DNA of 64,000 nucleotides from a virus: IMG/VR virus record IMGVR_UViG_3300028653_000010; one strand, 5' to 3'. Shown piece by piece: positions 9,516 to 19,086 of this stretch (position 1 is its first letter; each line of letters starts with the position of its first letter). The notes under the pieces were generated by a model. It saw only the letters and a program-made list of their open reading frames with translations, ran no database searches and was not told where the DNA came from. The position numbers and the translations under genes were made by a program.

Positions 9516-9847
9516 GGGCGCACCCGCTGAGGGTCTTTGGTGAGCCGCCAGGTGTCCAACTCGAAGTCAGGCGGTAGCTCTCCTCCCACCAAACCCTTGA
9601 TAACAGCAGCCACGTCCTTCGGAGTAAAGCTGTTCTTGTGGAGGGGGGCACTGTCGTGGTTGTCCTCGTGATCCCGAGTCCACAACTTGGACTCGAATCG
9701 AGCACTCACGTACTTCTTTGAATCCATTCGGAATGTGAGTTTAACAACCTTTGAGGTCTCACCGTCAAGATGGGAAGACCCGAACTTGATGACATACGGG
9801 TAGGTTCTGCCTTCTACGAGTATGCTCTTCTTACCTGGCATCGTCAT
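9512..9847 (-). CDS. hypothetical protein
   Basis: 111-aa ORF; TGTATAAT about 10 nt upstream. Confidence 0.65.
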   Translation of the reverse strand: MTMPGKKSILVEGRTYPYVIKFGSSHLDGETSKVVKLTFRMDSKKYVSARFESKLWTRDHEDNHDSAPLHKNSFTPKDVAAVIKGLVGGELPPDFELDTWRLTKDPQRVRP

Positions 9848-9874
9848 TGCCAGGTAATTATACAGAAACCGTAT

Positions 9875-10180
9875 TCAAAGTAAAGAAGACAGCTCGGATA
9901 CTGGCATCTTGCCCTTGGGGCCCGTGATTAACCCTCGTTCAATGGGCCAATCTTTGGGGGTTGCAAGCAAGCTTATGTCCCGCCCACGAACGAAGGCCTC
10001 TGCAATAGCAAAAGACACCCCCTTCTGTAGTCCAGTGGCATCTCGAATACTATCCCCGACGCGCTCCGCCTTGTGCTGTTTCGTCTCTTTGGGTTCGTAC
10101 TTGAAGGCCGTGTGGTCAGTAGATGCCGCTTGGTACCTACTAGCTACTCGCTGGATGATGCAGAGATAGTCGGACATCAC
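9875..10180 (-). CDS. hypothetical protein with RVASRY motif (putative virion internal protein)
   Basis: IIQRVASRYQAA near the N-terminus. Confidence 0.65.
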   Translation of the reverse strand: MMSDYLCIIQRVASRYQAASTDHTAFKYEPKETKQHKAERVGDSIRDATGLQKGVSFAIAEAFVRGRDISLLATPKDWPIERGLITGPKGKMPVSELSSLL

Positions 10181-10190
10181 TTCTCCAGAC

Positions 10191-10667
10191 TCAGATCACA
10201 ATTCCAAGCTCACCGAAGTCCTCGACTACCTTCAATAGGCTGTCAGCATCATGTACATCGTCAGTGATGAGCCGCCTGAGTTCACGGTCACGAATCTTGC
10301 GATTGATGTCATTGAAGTCATCAAGTAGGTTATCAACTCCAGCCAATTCCTGGGAGACCGAATCTAATAGGCGATCCTTATCCCGCCTCCACTCGACTAA
10401 CTTGGATTCCAGGTCTTCCGGAAGAGACATCGCTTCCATATACTTGGAAGCAACTCTCTTAACAAGCAGAGCGTTGTAGAATCCAAGGAGGGGTTGAGCT
10501 GCAGCTTCCTTCTTCAGGTATTCCTCTGTCGGCTTGTGACAACTCGGAGAGCCAGGATTCTTGTGCTTGCAGTAGATGGACCAAGCGGTTGCCCAAGCCT
10601 GTTCATCACTATACCCCGGGTTGCTTTTCTTGACTTCTTTGAAGTACTTATCTACTGGGCTAGGCAT
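10191..10667 (-). CDS. hypothetical protein with ChaB-like N-terminus and RVASKY motif
   Basis: SDEQAWATAWSIYCK loosely resembles the ChaB helix; LLVKRVASKY. Confidence 0.65.
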   Translation of the reverse strand: MPSPVDKYFKEVKKSNPGYSDEQAWATAWSIYCKHKNPGSPSCHKPTEEYLKKEAAAQPLLGFYNALLVKRVASKYMEAMSLPEDLESKLVEWRRDKDRLLDSVSQELAGVDNLLDDFNDINRKIRDRELRRLITDDVHDADSLLKVVEDFGELGIVI

Positions 10668-10673
10668 TTGTTA

Positions 10674-10955
10674 TTACCCCTTTACAATAACTAGATCTCG
10701 CAAGCGAGCATCGTTTGAATCTGCACGGAGTGTCCAACGTGCTCCTACTGCCTTCTGATCCCGACCGTTCCCGTCCCACTCGATATGGCAACCAGGAATG
10801 TCTACCTCAGTATCAGCCGTGATATCAGTCACCCCACGAGCATTGAGCTGGTTTAGTCTAGTAATCCTCTTAGGGGGAGCGGTTGCAAAACGGGATGCCA
10901 CTTTTGAGGCAAGTACTGCGTTTTCAAACTCTCGGACTGGATCAAGATTTTCCAT
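10674..10955 (-). CDS. hypothetical protein with KVASRF motif
   Basis: Start MENLDP at 10955, right after the upstream stop; VLASKVASRFATA. Confidence 0.65.
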   Translation of the reverse strand: MENLDPVREFENAVLASKVASRFATAPPKRITRLNQLNARGVTDITADTEVDIPGCHIEWDGNGRDQKAVGARWTLRADSNDARLRDLVIVKG

Positions 10956-10956
10956 A

Positions 10957-12198
10957 TTAACCTCTGTACCGCCTAACCACTCTCGAGATGATATCGATGG
11001 AAGCAACCTTCTCGGACCCCCCATCATTATTCTTGACGAACCAGATCTCACTAACTCCAGACAAGTCAATCTTCACAACATCTTCGTCGTCACCGACTGG
11101 CTCTTCTGTGGTGGACTCTTCGTCTTCTGCAGGCTCTTCCTCTGTAGACTCGTCGTCACCCTCATCCAAGTAACCCAAGGATGAGTCCAGAGCATCATCA
11201 TCGAAGTTCTCCAACTCCTTGGCTACCGATGCTGTGATGAAGTTACCTAACACCTCATCAGTGTCAGGCTCGCCACCCTTGGAAGCTTCCTCAGCGTACC
11301 GGAACAACATGACCTGCGGGTTGCCTGTCGATGCCAAGTGGGACATCAGACCTTCAACTCCGTGCCCTATGTGACCTAGCTCATCCAGAACATGAAGATG
11401 CCCCATAGCGCGCGAGACTGCCTTCAGAGCGATGTGGCGTGACATCCCTTTGATGAGTGCACCAGCCGCACCTAATGGCCCACTAGAGGTCAAAGCTGCT
11501 GCAGCAATCCCAATGGCTAGGTGAGTAGCCACAGTCTTGACTGCCTTCTTCTGGCCCGCACTCATCTTCTTACCACGAAGAGCTGAGGCGATACCGTGGC
11601 TGGCTTCCTTGTACTCGTGGACCTCGTGCTTGACAGTATTCACCACACCCTTGGCAAACTTCTCAGGTGCAGTTACTAGGGACTTGTGGATACCCTGCAG
11701 AGTTTTGCGACGGAAACCATCATCCTCCAGGAACCTCTTAACCTCTTTTGGGGCCTTTGCAACGAAGTCTCGTGCCTTATCACCGAGTCCCTCTAGTCGT
11801 TGCTTCCAATTCTTCTTAGGACTCTCAGGGGTTTCACGATCTTGGGGGGCTTCACCCCTCGGTTTAGTCCCACCCTTCCCCTTACTTTGAGACTTCTCCA
11901 TCCAAGCCTTAAACGCCTCGACCGCCTTCTCTCTGAAGTGGGGGTTCTTGAGGGCAGTGCTGAATGAAACTTGTGGGTGTCGTTGCCGCGACAAAGGGTC
12001 AGGATTCGGGTTGGAAACTAACTTCTTGCCGCCATCCTGAGTAGCGTCTAGCCACTCCTTCCAACGAGGTGGGGGTCCACTAGAATGTGACTCTTCCTCA
12101 GAATCATCACCTATGGCAATCTTCTGGAACCGTGTAGCTACACGGAGGCTCAGTACCTGATCACTGGCCGAATTCGCGCGGGTGGTCTTGTAAGACAT
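10957..12198 (-). CDS. hypothetical protein (putative virion internal/ejection protein)
   Basis: LRVATRF at the N-terminus, SRVVRRY at the C-terminus, Ala/Gly hydrophobic segment, acidic tract. Confidence 0.75.
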   Translation of the reverse strand: MSYKTTRANSASDQVLSLRVATRFQKIAIGDDSEEESHSSGPPPRWKEWLDATQDGGKKLVSNPNPDPLSRQRHPQVSFSTALKNPHFREKAVEAFKAWMEKSQSKGKGGTKPRGEAPQDRETPESPKKNWKQRLEGLGDKARDFVAKAPKEVKRFLEDDGFRRKTLQGIHKSLVTAPEKFAKGVVNTVKHEVHEYKEASHGIASALRGKKMSAGQKKAVKTVATHLAIGIAAAALTSSGPLGAAGALIKGMSRHIALKAVSRAMGHLHVLDELGHIGHGVEGLMSHLASTGNPQVMLFRYAEEASKGGEPDTDEVLGNFITASVAKELENFDDDALDSSLGYLDEGDDESTEEEPAEDEESTTEEPVGDDEDVVKIDLSGVSEIWFVKNNDGGSEKVASIDIISRVVRRYRG

Positions 12199-12224
12199 CC
12201 AACCATACGCGGGCTATCAAAGGA

Positions 12225-13487
12225 TCAAGCTGATAGAGTTTGCTCCCGTAGGGTCAACAACCCAGTTCCATTAGTCACAGTATCCTCAGTAACTGTGATA
12301 GCCTCAACTAGCGGGTTACTTGGCGCGTCAAATGACAATTGTTTGAGAGCCAACTCCACAATTGACCTCAACGCACGAGCTCCAGTCTTGCGTTTCTTGG
12401 CCTCTTGTGCGATCTTTCTCAAAGACCCTTCACTGAAGTCCAACTTGATCCCATCGATCTCGAACAGACGTTTCATCTGTCGTATGATACTATTTTTGGG
12501 TTCGGTGAGGACTTGAATCATCTGGTCCTCAGTCAACTCGATGGTGCTTGTTAGGACTGGTAGACGCCCTACCATCTCTGGGATGATCCCGAACTCCAGG
12601 ATGTCCTCCTCGGTCACGCCCTCATAAGCTCGCGTAATGTCAACTTTTTCCCTAGATACTGCACCAAATCCAACTGCTGCTAGCTTGTTGATTCGTCTTC
12701 CAATGATCTCTTGAATCCCATCAAAGGAGCCCGCACATACGAACAGGATGTTCGTAGTATCCACAATGTCAATGGTCTGCATCAACCCGCCGCCCATCTT
12801 ATTGATCCCGCGCGGTACTCGCGCCTTGGTCCCTTCGAGGAGTTTGAGAAGTGCCTGCTGAACACCCTCACCGGATACATCTCGATACCCGGAGCGGTCC
12901 CGACCGCTACCGCGCGCAATCTTGTCGACCTCATCAATGAGGACGATCCCCCATTGAGACCGCTCAACATCCCCACCCGAGTTGAGTATCAGCCCCTGAA
13001 TCAGACTCTCGACGTCATCTCCGACGTACCCCGCTTGAGTCAATGTAGTAGCGTCACCTACGTGGAAAGGTACGTTCAGCATCCGAGCTAACGTCCTGAA
13101 TATGTGAGTCTTTCCGCTACCGGATGGCCCCAAGAGTAGGATATTGCTCTTGTCGATCTCGACGTCCCCCTCTTTAACGTCCTCTTTCTTGAGGTTTCTC
13201 CGCTTATAGTGGTTGTAAACTGCCGTAGATATTGCTATCTTGGCGGATTCCTGCCCAATCACGTATTGGTCAAGGTGAGCTTTGATCTCATGAGGCTTGA
13301 GTAGCACCTCTGGCTCGGGCTCATGGATTACACCCGCCTCCTTGGCCTCATTGAACTGAGTGCTACAGTCGGTGGAACAACTCTGGCAAATATACGGACC
13401 CTGGTCAGTAGCTGCTATCAAGTGTCCACAAATATTGCTTGGGCGGTCGCAAAAACTACAACGACTGATTTCAGACGGAACTGGCAT
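12225..13487 (-). CDS. clpX: ClpX ATP-dependent unfoldase
   Basis: CSFC...ICQSC zinc domain, [12 protein letters not shown] pore loop, [23 protein letters not shown] loop, GARALR. Confidence 0.95.
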   Translation of the reverse strand: MPVPSEISRCSFCDRPSNICGHLIAATDQGPYICQSCSTDCSTQFNEAKEAGVIHEPEPEVLLKPHEIKAHLDQYVIGQESAKIAISTAVYNHYKRRNLKKEDVKEGDVEIDKSNILLLGPSGSGKTHIFRTLARMLNVPFHVGDATTLTQAGYVGDDVESLIQGLILNSGGDVERSQWGIVLIDEVDKIARGSGRDRSGYRDVSGEGVQQALLKLLEGTKARVPRGINKMGGGLMQTIDIVDTTNILFVCAGSFDGIQEIIGRRINKLAAVGFGAVSREKVDITRAYEGVTEEDILEFGIIPEMVGRLPVLTSTIELTEDQMIQVLTEPKNSIIRQMKRLFEIDGIKLDFSEGSLRKIAQEAKKRKTGARALRSIVELALKQLSFDAPSNPLVEAITVTEDTVTNGTGLLTLREQTLSA

Positions 13488-13500
13488 AGAGGGGCAATAC

Positions 13501-13508
13501 TACACCAG
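13501..13508 (-). promoter_or_regulatory. CTGGTGTA motif
   Basis: 13 nt upstream of the clpX ATG. Confidence 0.55.
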
Positions 13509-13522
13509 GAGGAGCTCTAGAA

Positions 13523-13657
13523 TCAAGGATTAGCTCTGAATTTACAGATAAATCTCTGAGCTACTTTGGCGGTGATCTCGTAAGATAGGTACCGGCCAAC
13601 TGATATGAATTGATCCGAGCTCTTGTGCTTGAAGTACTCAACCTGGCGCAGGCGCAC
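13523..13657 (-). CDS. 44-aa small protein missing from the ORF track (VRLRQVEYFKHK...ITAKVAQRF...)
   Basis: GTG start with GAGGT SD; in frame with and 3 nt after the nitrilase TGA; carries the shared KVAQRF motif. Confidence 0.55.
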   Translation of the reverse strand: MRLRQVEYFKHKSSDQFISVGRYLSYEITAKVAQRFICKFRANP

Positions 13658-13660
13658 AGG

Positions 13661-14422
13661 TCACACCTCAGCGTAGACGATGCAATCCTCATTCCACTTG
13701 AGGCCCTTGCAATGAACTTTGCCATTCTTCTCGATGATGCAAACTCCACCCTCGCCAAAATCATTGGGGCACTCGTACCCATGACGATTCGAGACTACAA
13801 GAGTTACCTTGTTCTCCTCAGCGAACTCCATCCAACTGATGGCTGGGAACCCACCATCACCCCAGTTGGCGCTCAGGGTAACGATGTCAGCGTCACCAGG
13901 CTCATAAAAACTGTTCCACTTGTCGTCTTTCTTATCCCTGACGTCACGACAAATGAGAAGACCAACACGCTTGTCCTCGAACTGGCACTTGATTACTGGT
14001 GGGTTGGACATCCCTTTAGATGCCCACAGAAAGTCGTTGCCAAAGAAGTTGATCTTGCGGTAACTATCGAAGTACCCACTGGGTTCGTAGTACAACTGTG
14101 AATTGTAGATCTTGTGGGTACCCTGATCCAACTCGATGAACCCAGCAACGATACAGATATCAAGCTGACGAGACAGCATACTGTACACGTACAGGTCTGA
14201 CTCTGGATTGAGTGCATCCGCATCCTCCAACCAAGCAAGACTCTCCGCAAAGGGCCGAGCCTCGTCTTCATCCATGAGGGAGTAACCAACCGAAGCCAGC
14301 TCAGGGAGGACTACTAGCTTGGCCCCATTGGTTGCCGCTTCAATGACAAGCTTAGCCAACCGAAGCAGGTTTGCTCTCTTGTCCTTGAATACCGGACAGA
14401 ACTGTACGGCTGCTACTTTCAT
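13661..14422 (-). CDS. carbon-nitrogen hydrolase (nitrilase superfamily)
   Basis: Catalytic triad motifs LPEL, YRK, ICRD; SNR motif. Confidence 0.9.
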   Translation of the reverse strand: MKVAAVQFCPVFKDKRANLLRLAKLVIEAATNGAKLVVLPELASVGYSLMDEDEARPFAESLAWLEDADALNPESDLYVYSMLSRQLDICIVAGFIELDQGTHKIYNSQLYYEPSGYFDSYRKINFFGNDFLWASKGMSNPPVIKCQFEDKRVGLLICRDVRDKKDDKWNSFYEPGDADIVTLSANWGDGGFPAISWMEFAEENKVTLVVSNRHGYECPNDFGEGGVCIIEKNGKVHCKGLKWNEDCIVYAEV

Positions 14423-15018
14423 CAGTCAAAAGCCCCTAACTCAATGGCCTTGCTACCGTCGAAGGGGATGAGAGTGTCCTTGGTCTTGAGTCGGTTGGTA
14501 CTCCACCGGCGAGTGGCAATCTTCACGACCTCAAGCTTCAGCTTCGACTCGATAAAGTCTGGGATCTTGACCGAGAACTTGGTCTCGATAGATCGAAGTT
14601 CCTCGACCACTGTATCCTGCAGCTTGACCCCAATACCCTTAACCACCTTGACCAGCTTTTCAGCTAGCTCAATGTTGCTATCTGGGTAGACCTTATTATT
14701 GTAGGGGTGCCAATTTGGATGAAGAACTATACCTTCTGGTAATCGATCTGTAGCGGAGCGGTAGGCTCTCTTACCAAATTGTGAGGGTAGAATAGAAAAA
14801 ACCCACAAGTTGATGCCCATGAGTGCACTATTGATGGCTATATTCCTTGGAGGGTCCCACCAACCAGTCTTCTTTGGGAACTTGGTCAGCTCCTTGTCGA
14901 ACACGCCAAATACCTCAGCGATGTCAGCTTTCTTGGCAAAGGCATACCGGTAGGATACATTCTGAGTGATTAATGCGTCTTCGAATCCAATCAACAGGTC
15001 ATCCATAGCATACCTCAC
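14422..15018 (-). CDS. hypothetical protein
   Basis: Translationally coupled ORF; QNVSYRY variant of the shared motif. Confidence 0.7.
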   Translation of the reverse strand: MRYAMDDLLIGFEDALITQNVSYRYAFAKKADIAEVFGVFDKELTKFPKKTGWWDPPRNIAINSALMGINLWVFSILPSQFGKRAYRSATDRLPEGIVLHPNWHPYNNKVYPDSNIELAEKLVKVVKGIGVKLQDTVVEELRSIETKFSVKIPDFIESKLKLEVVKIATRRWSTNRLKTKDTLIPFDGSKAIELGAFD

Positions 15019-16736
15019 CTAACAACTGAGAACTTGGACATCAAGTCTGACTTCAAAGCACCCCACATCGAATCCTTAACTTCCTTGCGCCCACCCATCA
15101 TCTTCTTTCGGATGTTGCTCATCTGGCTAGGGGTTAGGCTTTGAATCCTATCACTCTTCCAACGATTGAAGATGTCTGAGCAGAAGTCCTTTTCGAGGTC
15201 GATCTTGCTTGAATAAAGCTTGAATACTGCTTGGACGTCAAACTCCAAGTCCTGACTCATCTTCTCGAAGGCTCGCATTCCGCTGGTCTCTCTTACGAGA
15301 TCCGCAACCTCATCGACTTCTTCTTCGATCAGTGCCAGTACTGCTCTATCCTTGAGGGATGTTAGCCTTGCAAACTCGTCTACAGCCTTACTACCAGCTA
15401 CATCAGCGTCCACTATGGAGTCATCAGCGGCTCGTAGCAATGCTACCTTGGCGCCGGCAATATCCTTAATGTCACCCACTAGGTTGTACAGCTGCTCAAT
15501 TGTTGAGGTTACCTTGCGGATATCCCCATTGGTTACTCGATTGATGAAGGCACAGACCTGAGCCGCTGCTTGTTGAGTAGCGTCATCTGAGTTATTCAGA
15601 TCTGGGAAAAAGTCTAGATTAAGAGCTTGAGTCAACGCAGAGGATCCGTCTTGAATCAACTCGACGAAGTTGTCTGCCCCTAGAGCCTTACGAACAGTAG
15701 TCACTTGGGCATCGAAGTTTGACTTCTGCTTCTCGATACCCGCTTCAATGAAGCCCCTCAGTTGTCGATAGGGGCTCGCCATCTCCAACTCAAAACGATA
15801 GTCCGCATTGAGTTGGGCCTTGCCAGCGTCACACTTCTTGACAATGAGCCCTAGGAGGCTGTCTCGTTTTTGAGAGACAGCGCCCCACGAGCGTGTGATT
15901 ACCTCTCTGGAGGGTCCGAACTGGGCTACCGAGTTGAGTAGCCCAAGGTACTCGCCAAGAACACTCAATCGGTCCTCAGCCTTACGCTTGGACATAATAG
16001 CTGAAACGACGGCAGCCAGTCCTGCACCAGTGACTTTCTGCTTTTTCTGAATGGGGACTATGAATTTGATGACCTTGGAGATGGCAATCAAGGATTGCTG
16101 AGAGGCTTGAACAGTAGCGTTCTTAATCCCAAGGTGATTGCAGATATGGAGTACCTCTTGTAGGGACTCCTTGTACTCACCTGGGTCCAGGTCAGGCTCC
16201 CCACCGGCGATACTGGATATGATCCTCCTGACCTTACCCTCAGTGAGGAATACCCCGGAGACATCTTCGAGCTTGGCGCCCTCTTCAACCTCGCCACGCT
16301 CCTGTTTCTTCAGAAAGTTGAGCTGAGCTACCAGCTTCTGTCGAAGAATCTCGGGCCCCTCGTAGCCATCGATCTGCAAGTAGTTGTAGATGCACTCGCT
16401 ACCAACTACCAATCGACTACCAGTGATTCGATTCTTGATGGGGAATCGGTACTTGATAGGAGTCTTGTCACAAAGCTCGCAGCACCCACCCTCACTCTTG
16501 TAGGGGAGACCATCGTCCTCCCACTCCAGCATGGCCTCTTCAACGTCCTCAGTTGAAGAATACTTGAGCAGGCGCTCTCTGATCTTCGGCCAGTACTGAC
16601 TGCTGCGCCCTCGTTTCCCAATGGCCAGCCCAGAATCCAAGTCCTTTATGGCTTCGATGACCTCAGACTGGTCGTCTAGGTCATCGACGTCAATCGGTGC
16701 CTTCCTTCTCTTGGAGACTGCGTAAATCCAAAACAC
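15015..16736 (-). CDS. hypothetical protein with N-terminal zinc-finger-like domain
   Basis: CELC...VGSECI followed by a long helical region. Confidence 0.75.
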   Translation of the reverse strand: MFWIYAVSKRRKAPIDVDDLDDQSEVIEAIKDLDSGLAIGKRGRSSQYWPKIRERLLKYSSTEDVEEAMLEWEDDGLPYKSEGGCCELCDKTPIKYRFPIKNRITGSRLVVGSECIYNYLQIDGYEGPEILRQKLVAQLNFLKKQERGEVEEGAKLEDVSGVFLTEGKVRRIISSIAGGEPDLDPGEYKESLQEVLHICNHLGIKNATVQASQQSLIAISKVIKFIVPIQKKQKVTGAGLAAVVSAIMSKRKAEDRLSVLGEYLGLLNSVAQFGPSREVITRSWGAVSQKRDSLLGLIVKKCDAGKAQLNADYRFELEMASPYRQLRGFIEAGIEKQKSNFDAQVTTVRKALGADNFVELIQDGSSALTQALNLDFFPDLNNSDDATQQAAAQVCAFINRVTNGDIRKVTSTIEQLYNLVGDIKDIAGAKVALLRAADDSIVDADVAGSKAVDEFARLTSLKDRAVLALIEEEVDEVADLVRETSGMRAFEKMSQDLEFDVQAVFKLYSSKIDLEKDFCSDIFNRWKSDRIQSLTPSQMSNIRKKMMGGRKEVKDSMWGALKSDLMSKFSVVR

Positions 16737-16811
16737 GAGGAACTCTCCTTGGACCAGTTGCCCCTGACCGTCGAGCGCCAGAGATTACTACCAAGGATAG
16801 TCAATAAGAGG

Positions 16812-17165
16812 TTACTCAAACTGTCGAGCCCAATAGGGATCTTTGTTCCCCCTATACATACTACGTGTTCTTGGTGCAGATTGCATGAGTGAGATGGGTA
16901 TCTTAGCGGTTTTATTCGGCATTCTAACCAGGAACCCACTCAGGTCTTGCCCAATTACGCCCCTTCCACTCTGGAGCAAAGCGTCGAGTAGTGGAGCCAC
17001 ATCCTTGTTGATGTTGAAACGGCAGAACTCAATGATACCTAGCTTGAACTTGTCGAACACCTCAATATGTGAGAACAAATAGCCAGATGAGGTAGCTACT
17101 TCAATGATATCCTTGATCAGATACCGATCAGACTGATTCTGGGTGCTTACTGCAAAATAGCCCAT
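16812..17165 (-). CDS. hypothetical protein
   Basis: 117-aa ORF within the operon. Confidence 0.65.
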   Translation of the reverse strand: MGYFAVSTQNQSDRYLIKDIIEVATSSGYLFSHIEVFDKFKLGIIEFCRFNINKDVAPLLDALLQSGRGVIGQDLSGFLVRMPNKTAKIPISLMQSAPRTRSMYRGNKDPYWARQFE

Positions 17166-17175
17166 GTCGAGTCCC

Positions 17176-17607
17176 CTACCACCTAGCCATGATCCGTTCG
17201 TACCGGGTTGGTACGTATACGGGCTCTCGTACTAACGAAGTATCAATCACCCACTTAGGTTCTGGTTCTTGTAGCTTCCCCTTATCTTCCAACTCCGCGC
17301 AGACCAGCTCCCAATAAGGTGCAAAGACGAAGAAGTTGTCAAAGTAGTCACTCTTGGTTGGTTCAGAGTTTGAGAAGAAGATCTCACCATTGTTATTCCG
17401 ATACTTGACCGACCACCCAATCCCAAATGGGCTATGGTTGCAAAACTGTGGATGTTCGATCAGGAGGAATATCGAAGCTGTCGCGGTGATGGTGTTCTTA
17501 GCTAGCTCGTGCCCGTGAGTGTTGTCCTTACACGACACAAATACCTTTGACCCTTTAAGGGCCAACTGCATCGCTTCGTGTAGCATTCGAGCAGAGTTTA
17601 GAAACAA
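17176..17607 (-). CDS. hypothetical protein with C-terminal PTRYERI motif
   Basis: 143-aa ORF within the operon. Confidence 0.65.
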   Translation of the reverse strand: MFLNSARMLHEAMQLALKGSKVFVSCKDNTHGHELAKNTITATASIFLLIEHPQFCNHSPFGIGWSVKYRNNNGEIFFSNSEPTKSDYFDNFFVFAPYWELVCAELEDKGKLQEPEPKWVIDTSLVREPVYVPTRYERIMARW

Positions 17608-17609
17608 GA

Positions 17610-18086
17610 CTACTTTCCAAGAATAAACGACGTGATAGTGTTTCGGAAAATGTCCGATAGCTCTGGGGGAATGTTGAAACGCTTCTCATTCAAGGTGATA
17701 CTCCGGAAGATGTCACCATCCTCGTGACGCTGGGTAGACGCCCACCAGTCGAGAAGCATCTCAACCAGGTCCACCAGAGTCATGTCCCGGATGCCATGTT
17801 CAAAATGCTCTGGATGATGCCTATTATTTGCATAGTGGTGATCAAGAGCCGGCTTCATCTCGGCTAAGTACTGCTTGTACTCATCACTACCATAGGTGGT
17901 ACCTTTGAGTTTGCCTGTATATTCAGTGAACACTGGTAACTCTGCTTCAGAGAACTTGGAGTGGTCGTGCTCCACGCCACGATCCAAGAGTTGAATTGCA
18001 AAGTCCTTTAGAAGCATACGAACTAGGTCAACGTGCTTCTGAGTTTCAGCATTAGTCCTCAGCTCTTCAATAGTCAACTCAGGCAT
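17610..18086 (-). CDS. DUF5662-like HD-superfamily protein
   Basis: HDHSK, HHYANNRHHPEH, DLVEMLLDWWA. Confidence 0.75.
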   Translation of the reverse strand: MPELTIEELRTNAETQKHVDLVRMLLKDFAIQLLDRGVEHDHSKFSEAELPVFTEYTGKLKGTTYGSDEYKQYLAEMKPALDHHYANNRHHPEHFEHGIRDMTLVDLVEMLLDWWASTQRHEDGDIFRSITLNEKRFNIPPELSDIFRNTITSFILGK

Positions 18087-19086
18087 GATTTACATCAATC
18101 TTTGGTACTGCAGCTTGAGCGTCTTGTAGGAAGAACTCAAATGACTTGGGCTCCGGAAGCTCGAAGTGGGGCTCATCATACAAAGTAGCATCGAATGAGC
18201 TCGTAAACTCATCCACCTCACGTTTAGTTATACCACTCTCAACCATATCCTCGATGGAAACCCCGACAGCTGCACCATTGATGCGAGTCATGTTAGGCTT
18301 GAGTCCAGTGGACGTCTTATTCAATAGAAGACTGAGGATCTGCATCTCTTGACGACTAAAAGTGTGAGCCTTGAAATTGTAGTCAGCCCAAGCTGAGAAC
18401 AAGGAGGGCCACCCGCGTTCGAGTATCCCAGCGATGATGTTAGCAAAGACTCGAATCTCCCACTGAGCATGAGGATCGCACCGGAGCGAAAGGAAGTGCA
18501 TCAGGTTGTGGCCATCGATCTTCCAACGCCACTGAGTGTATGTCGACAAGGGCAAGTCAATCCGAGCCAGCTCGCGCGCCACATCCTCAGCAATGAGCCA
18601 CTCATAGGTCTCTTGAACTCGGTCCCTTACATCTCCCCAACGATGTACCGCTTGACTGTGAAGTGCTTTCTCTTCCCCTTCAGATCTCCCTTGCTTGTTG
18701 CTCTGGGACTGCTTGGCGAAATGCTCAGCCTCAGGAGTGTGGAATAACATCGGGAGGATGCTGTACCGTCCACTCACCTCATTGATAGAGGCCGTTCGAT
18801 GGCGGACCCACTGGCGAGCAACGAAGATTGGCATTGAGCAGTGGAAGTGAAACTCCACGAACTCGAATGGGCTCGTGTGCTTATGACGTCTGAGATACCG
18901 GACCAAGCCAGTGTCGTTACTGGTAGCCTTGGTACCATGCCCATAGCTCGTACGAGCGCAGGTTGGTACTACCTGATCAGTACCCATGTAGTCCATCAAA
19001 GCAACGAACCCATGGTCGAGAACGGGGAAGTAATCGCCGAGTATGGCTTCAGCTGCCTCAGAAGTAGGGCGTTTAGTCTCTGCCAC
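18079..19086 (-). CDS. thyX: FAD-dependent thymidylate synthase
   Basis: HTSPFE, RQWVRHRTASINEVSGRY, ELARIDLP, LRCDPHAQWEIR. Confidence 0.95.
   Translation of the reverse strand: MAETKRPTSEAAEAILGDYFPVLDHGFVALMDYMGTDQVVPTCARTSYGHGTKATSNDTGLVRYLRRHKHTSPFEFVEFHFHCSMPIFVARQWVRHRTASINEVSGRYSILPMLFHTPEAEHFAKQSQSNKQGRSEGEEKALHSQAVHRWGDVRDRVQETYEWLIAEDVARELARIDLPLSTYTQWRWKIDGHNLMHFLSLRCDPHAQWEIRVFANIIAGILERGWPSLFSAWADYNFKAHTFSRQEMQILSLLLNKTSTGLKPNMTRINGAAVGVSIEDMVESGITKREVDEFTSSFDATLYDEPHFELPEPKSFEFFLQDAQAAVPKIDVNHA

Noticed and set aside
13610-14101. 163-aa plus-strand ORF
   Set aside because: Antisense to the well-supported nitrilase gene
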